DNA of 64,000 nucleotides from Escherichia coli (GTDB lineage Bacteria; Pseudomonadota; Gammaproteobacteria; Enterobacterales; Enterobacteriaceae): NCBI RefSeq assembly GCF_048403405.1, contig NZ_CP183129.1; one strand, 5' to 3'. Shown piece by piece: positions 58,386 to 64,000 of this stretch (position 1 is its first letter; each line of letters starts with the position of its first letter). The notes under the pieces were generated by a model. It saw only the letters and a program-made list of their open reading frames with translations, ran no database searches and was not told where the DNA came from. The position numbers and the translations under genes were made by a program.

Positions 58386-59288
58386 CTAACCACCCGTTTT
58401 CAGGCAATATTCCGTCGTAGCGTGGCGTTCGATCCAGCGGATCATTTTACCCGCGATGTCGATACCGGTGGTTTTTTCTATTCCTTCCAGCCCCGGCGAC
58501 GCATTCACTTCCATCACCAACGGCCCGCGATTAGCACGCAAAATATCTACACCAGCAACATCCAGCGCCATCGTTCGCGCGGCTTTTATCGCGATTTCAC
58601 GCTCCTGTGGTGTGATACTGGCGACGCTTGCCGCGCCGCCACGATGCAAATTGGAACGAAAATCGCCCTCTTTCGCCCGCCGTTCAATCGCAGCGACCAC
58701 TTCATCCCCAACAACCAGGCAGCGGATATCGCACCCTTGCGCCTCTTTGATATATTCCTGCACCAGAATATGCGCGTTCAGACCGCGGAAAGCGTCAATC
58801 ACGCTTTCCGCCGCCTGACGCGTCTCCGCCAGCACGACACCAATTCCCTGCGTGCCTTCAACCAACTTGACCACCAGCGGCGCACCACCGACCATGTCGA
58901 TTAAATCGCTGGTATCATCCGGCGAATGCGCAATGCCCGTGACAGGCAGGTCGATGCCCTGACGCGCCAGCAGTTGCATGGAACGCAATTTGTCACGCGC
59001 CCGGGCAATGGCGACCGACTCATTGAGCGGATAGCTCCCCAGCATCTCGAACTGGCGCAGTGCCGCCGTCCCATAAAAGGTAATGGCGGTGCCAATACGC
59101 GGGATCACTGCGTCAAAATGGGGTAACTTGCGGCCTTTGTAGTGAATAGAAGACGCCGCAGGATTTATGTTCATGTAGCAAGAAAGCGGATCAAGAATTT
59201 CAACCAGGTGACCGCGCTGTATAGCGGCTTCACGCAGCCGCTTACACGAATAGAGCGTTCCATCCCGGGACAATATGGCAATTTTCAC
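58386..59288 (-). CDS. rimK: Ribosomal protein S6 L-glutamate ligase RimK
   Basis: 300 aa; ATP-grasp fold. Confidence 0.95.
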   Translation of the reverse strand: MKIAILSRDGTLYSCKRLREAAIQRGHLVEILDPLSCYMNINPAASSIHYKGRKLPHFDAVIPRIGTAITFYGTAALRQFEMLGSYPLNESVAIARARDKLRSMQLLARQGIDLPVTGIAHSPDDTSDLIDMVGGAPLVVKLVEGTQGIGVVLAETRQAAESVIDAFRGLNAHILVQEYIKEAQGCDIRCLVVGDEVVAAIERRAKEGDFRSNLHRGGAASVASITPQEREIAIKAARTMALDVAGVDILRANRGPLVMEVNASPGLEGIEKTTGIDIAGKMIRWIERHATTEYCLKTGG

Positions 59289-59348
59289 CCTGCACCTCTC
59301 TGTCAGACCTGGTCAAAAGCCCGCGTATCATACATCGGCGTGGCGGTT

Positions 59349-60071
59349 TTAGCGCGTTGCCCAACCCTGTTTGTGCAAATAATCCAGAATAAATGGGCGG
59401 CTTTCTTTAATGATTGTTCGGCGGATATGATCGCTCCAGGTATCCCGGCGATTATTGCTGCCACGTGTGAGGTAATATTCCGCCAGTTGCTCGTCATACT
59501 GCGCCAGTTCGTCTTTATCCAGCGGTTGATAGCTGTTTTCATGCACCAAAATGGAGGCCGGTAAACGCGGCTTAAGATCTGGATTATCCGCAGGCCAGCC
59601 AAGGCACAGCCCAAACAGCGGCAGAACATGCTGCGGTAATTTCAGAAGTTCCGTCACCGCTTCAATATTATTGCGCAGGCCGCCGATATATACCCCACCC
59701 AATCCCAGCGATTCCGCTGCGGTTAATGCATTCTGCGCCATCATTGCCGTATCAACGACACCGAGCAACAGTTGTTCCGCCAGGCCAAGTTGTGCATCCG
59801 GACAGATCTGTAAATGGCGATTAAAGTCGGCACAGAACACCCAAAACTCCGCCGCTTTCGCTACGTGTTTTTGCCCGCCGGTCAGCGTCACCAGTTCTTC
59901 ACGTAACGCTTTGTCGGTAATGCGAATAATGCTACTGCACTGCAAAAAACTGGAACTGGACGTCGCACGGGCGCTGTTAATAATCGCCTCACGCTGCGCT
60001 TCGGAAATGGGTTCATCAGTGAAATGGCGAATGGAGCGATGGCCACAAATAAGTTCAATGGTTGGCGTCAT
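59349..60071 (-). CDS. nfsA: Oxygen-insensitive NADPH nitroreductase NfsA
   Basis: 240 aa; MTPTIELICGHRSIRHFTDEPI... Confidence 0.95.
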   Translation of the reverse strand: MTPTIELICGHRSIRHFTDEPISEAQREAIINSARATSSSSFLQCSSIIRITDKALREELVTLTGGQKHVAKAAEFWVFCADFNRHLQICPDAQLGLAEQLLLGVVDTAMMAQNALTAAESLGLGGVYIGGLRNNIEAVTELLKLPQHVLPLFGLCLGWPADNPDLKPRLPASILVHENSYQPLDKDELAQYDEQLAEYYLTRGSNNRRDTWSDHIRRTIIKESRPFILDYLHKQGWATR

Positions 60072-60342
60072 TATCTTTTTCTCTTTCTGAACGTGAATAT
60101 TGCGGTGGACGGTTCATCAGCTGTGGGGCAAGACGTTTTGCCACCTGAAGAATAACCACCACCGCAGCGGGAAGCATGAGCAAAACACCGAGAAAAATCA
60201 TCAGAATCTGCACTTCTGGCCGAGAAAATGGCTCAGGCAGCGACAGGGAGCCGCTTACCGACAGCAGCGCCACCGCCAGCAACATCATTCCGATAAATTC
60301 CAGTATCAACACGCTTTTAGGCAATTTACCGATCGCGCGCAT
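60055..60342 (-). CDS. ybjC: Small membrane protein YbjC
   Basis: 95 aa; overlaps the nfsA start by 17 bp. Confidence 0.88.
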   Translation of the reverse strand: MRAIGKLPKSVLILEFIGMMLLAVALLSVSGSLSLPEPFSRPEVQILMIFLGVLLMLPAAVVVILQVAKRLAPQLMNRPPQYSRSEREKDNDANH

Positions 60343-60501
60343 ACGCTTCCCTCTGCAAAGTGAGCCTTCAGTCTAAAACTTTTCACTGTATTGTGTTTAA
60401 CAGTTATAGCTTTTAGCAATTAATGCAACAGGTTAAACCTACTTTCAGCGAATACATTTTAGCGTGATCATTACAGGCATAAATCTATGAGGAGAGAAAT
60501 A

Positions 60502-60759
60502 ATGCAAACCGTTATTTTTGGTCGTCCGGGTTGCCCTTACTGTGTGCGTGCAAAAGATCTGGCTGAGAAATTGAGCAATGAACGCGATGATTTTCAGTAT
60601 CAGTATGTAGATATTCGTGCGGAAGGGATCACTAAAGAAGATCTACAACAAAAGGCAGGTAAACCCGTAGAAACCGTGCCGCAGATTTTTGTCGATCAGC
60701 AACATATCGGCGGCTATACCGATTTTGCTGCATGGGTGAAAGAGAATCTGGACGCCTGA
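60502..60759 (+). CDS. grxA: Glutaredoxin 1
   Basis: Start moved to MQTVIFGRPGCPYCVRAKDL... (85 aa); CPYC active site. Confidence 0.95.
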   Translation: MQTVIFGRPGCPYCVRAKDLAEKLSNERDDFQYQYVDIRAEGITKEDLQQKAGKPVETVPQIFVDQQHIGGYTDFAAWVKENLDA

Positions 60760-60770
60760 TCGTCTGACAA

Positions 60771-60800
60771 GCCCTCGCGTTGAGGGCTTTATTGATTTTT
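60771..60800 (+). terminator. Rho-independent terminator after grxA
   Basis: gccctcgcgttgagggc followed by a T-rich run. Confidence 0.65.
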
Positions 60801-61166
60801 TCTGTGCTGTGGTTTAAACAAACTACTGATAAATAAGAAACACAGTGCCCCCAGCGCACACCAGAACACCGCACTTAATAACCATGCCAGCTCTTGCCAG
60901 AATGAGCGCGTCGGTGAAAAAAACAGCCGCATAATAAGCATGGAACAGGGTGCCGCCAGCATTGCGCCAAACAGAGGTTTCAGGACTTCTCTACGCTGTG
61001 AAAAGAAGCTGGCAACTGCTCCAGGAAGAATGAAAAACAGCAAGCCGATTTCAGGATGCCCGGCAGCCCGAAAAGCGCCTTTCATGTGCGTCGCCAGAAA
61101 AAGGCACACCACAATGAAGAGGACAAAACAGCAGATTGCCCCCGCCCAACGTTGTTTATGTTTCAC
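60789..61166 (-). CDS. ybjM: Inner-membrane protein YbjM
   Basis: 125 aa; hydrophobic. Confidence 0.88.
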   Translation of the reverse strand: MKHKQRWAGAICCFVLFIVVCLFLATHMKGAFRAAGHPEIGLLFFILPGAVASFFSQRREVLKPLFGAMLAAPCSMLIMRLFFSPTRSFWQELAWLLSAVFWCALGALCFLFISSLFKPQHRKNQ

Positions 61167-61435
61167 TCGTTCCTCCTGACACTGCGTCTATCGAACACAT
61201 TTTTCGCCAGTGTGGCGTTCAGTAAGATAAAGCCGCTTCGCATTCCATGCTAATATAGGCCAACGCAATTCATATAGCCGTTGATACCTAATGTGATTAC
61301 ACTAGTAAAATATATTGTTACTTTACTATCGTTTAGGTGCGCTGAATGAATCTGCGCCCTGAATTCTGGTAAAAAACATTATCGTAAATTACCATTTCTT
61401 TCAACAGCTTACTAGTAAACAAGAAGTTAGCCTCC

Positions 61436-63121
61436 GTGAATATAAACGTCGCCGAATTGTTAAATGGGAATTACATTCTGTTATTATTTGTGGTCCTCGC
61501 GCTTGGGCTATGTCTCGGGAAATTACGACTTGGTTCGATCCAACTGGGTAATTCCATTGGCGTTTTAGTCGTATCGCTGTTATTAGGCCAACAACATTTC
61601 AGCATTAACACCGACGCGCTTAATCTTGGCTTTATGCTGTTTATTTTCTGCGTCGGGGTCGAAGCCGGACCGAACTTTTTTTCCATTTTTTTTCGCGATG
61701 GGAAAAATTACCTAATGTTAGCACTGGTGATGGTTGGCAGTGCGCTGGCCATCGCCTTAGGGTTAGGTAAGCTGTTTGGCTGGGATATTGGCCTGACGGC
61801 CGGTATGTTAGCAGGCTCTATGACGTCAACACCGGTTCTGGTCGGTGCTGGCGATACACTGCGTCATTCCGGCATGGAAAGCAGGCAGCTCTCACTGGCA
61901 CTGGATAATCTGAGCCTCGGGTATGCCTTAACCTATTTAATCGGTCTGGTGAGTTTGATTGTTGGTGCGCGTTACTTGCCGAAATTGCAGCATCAGGACT
62001 TACAGACCAGCGCCCAGCAAATCGCCCGCGAACGTGGCCTGGACACAGATGCCAACCGTAAGGTTTATTTGCCGGTGATCCGCGCCTACCGCGTCGGCCC
62101 GGAGCTGGTAGCCTGGACCGACGGCAAAAATCTGCGTGAACTGGGTATTTATCGACAAACCGGCTGCTACATTGAACGTATTCGGCGTAACGGGATTCTG
62201 GCAAATCCAGACGGTGATGCCGTGCTACAAATGGGCGATGAAATAGCGTTGGTAGGCTACCCCGACGCCCACGCCCGACTCGATCCCAGTTTCCGTAATG
62301 GCAAAGAAGTTTTCGATCGTGACCTTCTCGACATGCGTATCGTCACTGAAGAAGTGGTCGTTAAAAACCATAACGCTGTTGGCAAACGCCTGGCACAACT
62401 GAAGTTGACCGATCACGGTTGCTTCCTTAACCGCGTCATACGTAGCCAGATTGAGATGCCGATTGATGACAACGTCGTGCTTAACAAAGGTGACGTTTTA
62501 CAAGTCAGCGGCGATGCCCGCCGCGTAAAAACCATCGCCGATCGCATCGGCTTTATCTCGATTCACAGCCAGGTCACTGACTTGCTGGCATTCTGCGCCT
62601 TCTTTGTTATTGGGCTGATGATCGGGATGATCACCTTCCAGTTCAGCACATTCAGTTTCGGCATGGGGAACGCTGCCGGGTTGTTATTCGCCGGAATTAT
62701 GCTGGGCTTTATGCGTGCTAACCACCCGACCTTCGGTTACATTCCGCAGGGTGCATTAAGCATGGTGAAGGAGTTCGGCTTGATGGTGTTTATGGCAGGC
62801 GTTGGTCTGAGCGCTGGTAGCGGTATTAATAACGGCCTGGGCGCGATTGGCGGTCAGATGTTGATTGCCGGATTGATTGTCAGTCTGGTGCCAGTGGTTA
62901 TCTGCTTCTTGTTCGGTGCTTATGTATTGCGAATGAACCGCGCACTGTTGTTCGGCGCAATGATGGGCGCACGCACCTGCGCGCCGGCAATGGAGATCAT
63001 CAGTGATACAGCTCGCAGTAACATCCCGGCGCTGGGCTATGCGGGCACCTACGCAATCGCCAACGTCCTGCTGACGCTGGCAGGGACAATCATCGTCATG
63101 GTATGGCCAGGATTAGGATAA
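61436..63121 (+). CDS. ybjL: Putative transporter YbjL (AAE family with two TrkA-C domains)
   Basis: 561 aa; two membrane domains flanking a soluble central region. Confidence 0.92.
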   Translation: MNINVAELLNGNYILLLFVVLALGLCLGKLRLGSIQLGNSIGVLVVSLLLGQQHFSINTDALNLGFMLFIFCVGVEAGPNFFSIFFRDGKNYLMLALVMVGSALAIALGLGKLFGWDIGLTAGMLAGSMTSTPVLVGAGDTLRHSGMESRQLSLALDNLSLGYALTYLIGLVSLIVGARYLPKLQHQDLQTSAQQIARERGLDTDANRKVYLPVIRAYRVGPELVAWTDGKNLRELGIYRQTGCYIERIRRNGILANPDGDAVLQMGDEIALVGYPDAHARLDPSFRNGKEVFDRDLLDMRIVTEEVVVKNHNAVGKRLAQLKLTDHGCFLNRVIRSQIEMPIDDNVVLNKGDVLQVSGDARRVKTIADRIGFISIHSQVTDLLAFCAFFVIGLMIGMITFQFSTFSFGMGNAAGLLFAGIMLGFMRANHPTFGYIPQGALSMVKEFGLMVFMAGVGLSAGSGINNGLGAIGGQMLIAGLIVSLVPVVICFLFGAYVLRMNRALLFGAMMGARTCAPAMEIISDTARSNIPALGYAGTYAIANVLLTLAGTIIVMVWPGLG

Positions 63122-63159
63122 AACTGAAGTTGCCCTGAAAATGAAATTTTTTTGCACAA

Positions 63160-63197
63160 CCGCAGAACTTTTCCGCAGGGCATCAGTCTTAATTAGT
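63160..63197 (+). promoter_or_regulatory. Sigma-E-type promoter of rybB
   Basis: gaactttt (-35-like GGAACTT) and gtcttaa (-10-like TCTnA) immediately upstream of the rybB 5' end. Confidence 0.55.
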
Positions 63198-63276
63198 GCC
63201 ACTGCTTTTCTTTGATGTCCCCATTTTGTGGAGCCCATCAACCCCGCCATTTCGGTTCAAGGTTGGTGGGTTTTTT
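63198..63276 (+). ncRNA. rybB: Small RNA RybB (sigma-E-dependent, Hfq-binding)
   Basis: gccactgcttttctttgatgtccccattttgtggagcccatcaaccccgccatttcggttcaaggttggtgggtttttt matches the remembered RybB sequence, including the terminator hairpin and T-run; located between ybjL and rcdA as in K-12. Confidence 0.88.
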
Positions 63277-63295
63277 GTTATCTAAAATTTATCTA

Positions 63296-63832
63296 CTACC
63301 CTGCAACCCTCTCAACCATCCTCAAAATCTCCTCGCGCGATAGCGGCTTACGGTCGGTGACAAAATGCAGCGTCATCCCCTCAATAAACGCATCAAGCGC
63401 GCGGGCGGTTCCGGGTTCAAACCATTGTTCGAGCGTTTGCTGACTGCGCTGCATCCAGTTTTGCATTACCGTTTTTAATAGCGGTTTTCGGCTAGCCAGC
63501 GCGTAGAGCTGATACATCAGCTCCATATTATCCGGCGTTGCAACCTGTGAGCTGTAGATCATATCGGTGATAGCCTGGCATGCGCCTTGAGCATCACTAA
63601 CATCGCTAAAAAATGCCTGATATTGCCGGGACATGATCTCAGTAAAACTGCTGAACGCCTCCAGCAACAACTCATCAATTCCTGAAAAATAGTAGGTCAT
63701 CGATCCCAACGGTACCCCGGCAAGGGTAGCAATTTTGCGGTGCGTAACAGCATGTATTCCATAAAGTTTCACCGCCTCCAGCGTGGCCTGGATAATTTTT
63801 TCTCGCCGTTGCGGATCGTTAGCGCGACGCAT
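63296..63832 (-). CDS. rcdA: TetR-family transcriptional regulator RcdA (YbjK)
   Basis: Start moved to [21 protein letters not shown]... (178 aa); N-terminal TetR HTH. Confidence 0.9.
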   Translation of the reverse strand: MRRANDPQRREKIIQATLEAVKLYGIHAVTHRKIATLAGVPLGSMTYYFSGIDELLLEAFSSFTEIMSRQYQAFFSDVSDAQGACQAITDMIYSSQVATPDNMELMYQLYALASRKPLLKTVMQNWMQRSQQTLEQWFEPGTARALDAFIEGMTLHFVTDRKPLSREEILRMVERVAG

Positions 63833-63915
63833 GTCATTTCCTCTCTCTGCAATTGTGTACAAATGTACACAACCTTGCTAATGTTGTCTTCCCTCTTCTT
63901 ATTTTGACGTGATCT

Positions 63916-64000
63916 ATGACCGTAAATTCTTCACGTAATGCATTGAAACGCCGAACCTGGGCGCTGTTTATGTTCTTCTTTTTGCCGGGCCTGTTAATGG
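63916..64000 (+). CDS. ybjJ: MFS transporter YbjJ, N-terminal fragment truncated by the window end
   Basis: ATG at 63916 followed by MTVNSSRNALKRRTWALFMFFFLPGLLM..., running off the window end. Confidence 0.7.
   Translation, partial: MTVNSSRNALKRRTWALFMFFFLPGLLM

Overview
This window is an enterobacterial chromosomal segment that I recognise, from the translated ORFs, as the Escherichia coli K-12 ycaM-to-ybjJ core region in reverse orientation. Gene order is ycaM, ycaD, ycaC, dmsCBA, serS, rarA, lolA, ftsK, lrp, trxB, cydDC, aat, infA, serW, clpAS, cspD, macBA, ybjX, ybjD, aqpZ, lysO, hcp-hcr, poxB, ltaE, ybjT, ybjS, amiD, ybjQ, ybjP, artPIQM, artJ, rlmC, ybjO, potIHGF, ybjN, rimK, nfsA, ybjC, grxA, ybjM, ybjL, rybB, rcdA and the start of ybjJ. 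Almost all of it is ordinary, syntenic housekeeping sequence. Two places stand out. First, a visibly AT-rich insertion of about 2.6 kb between ybjQ and ybjP carries a single 600-codon ORF with about 14 consecutive pentapeptide repeats; I do not recall a gene at this position in K-12, and it is the best candidate for a strain-specific, undescribed function. Second, the 3' flank of tRNA-Ser (serW) carries a tandem array of about 179-bp units, each re-creating the last 17 nt of the tRNA plus a terminator hairpin. Smaller points are an apparently expanded FtsK linker, a GC-rich palindromic element between aqpZ and lysO, REP elements, and recognisable FNR, NsrR and sigma-E promoter motifs. No CRISPR array, integrase, transposase or intact prophage is visible. 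Gene identities and K-12 protein lengths are from memory, not from a database search; where the six-frame track began at an upstream in-frame ATG, I moved the start to match the remembered K-12 protein.
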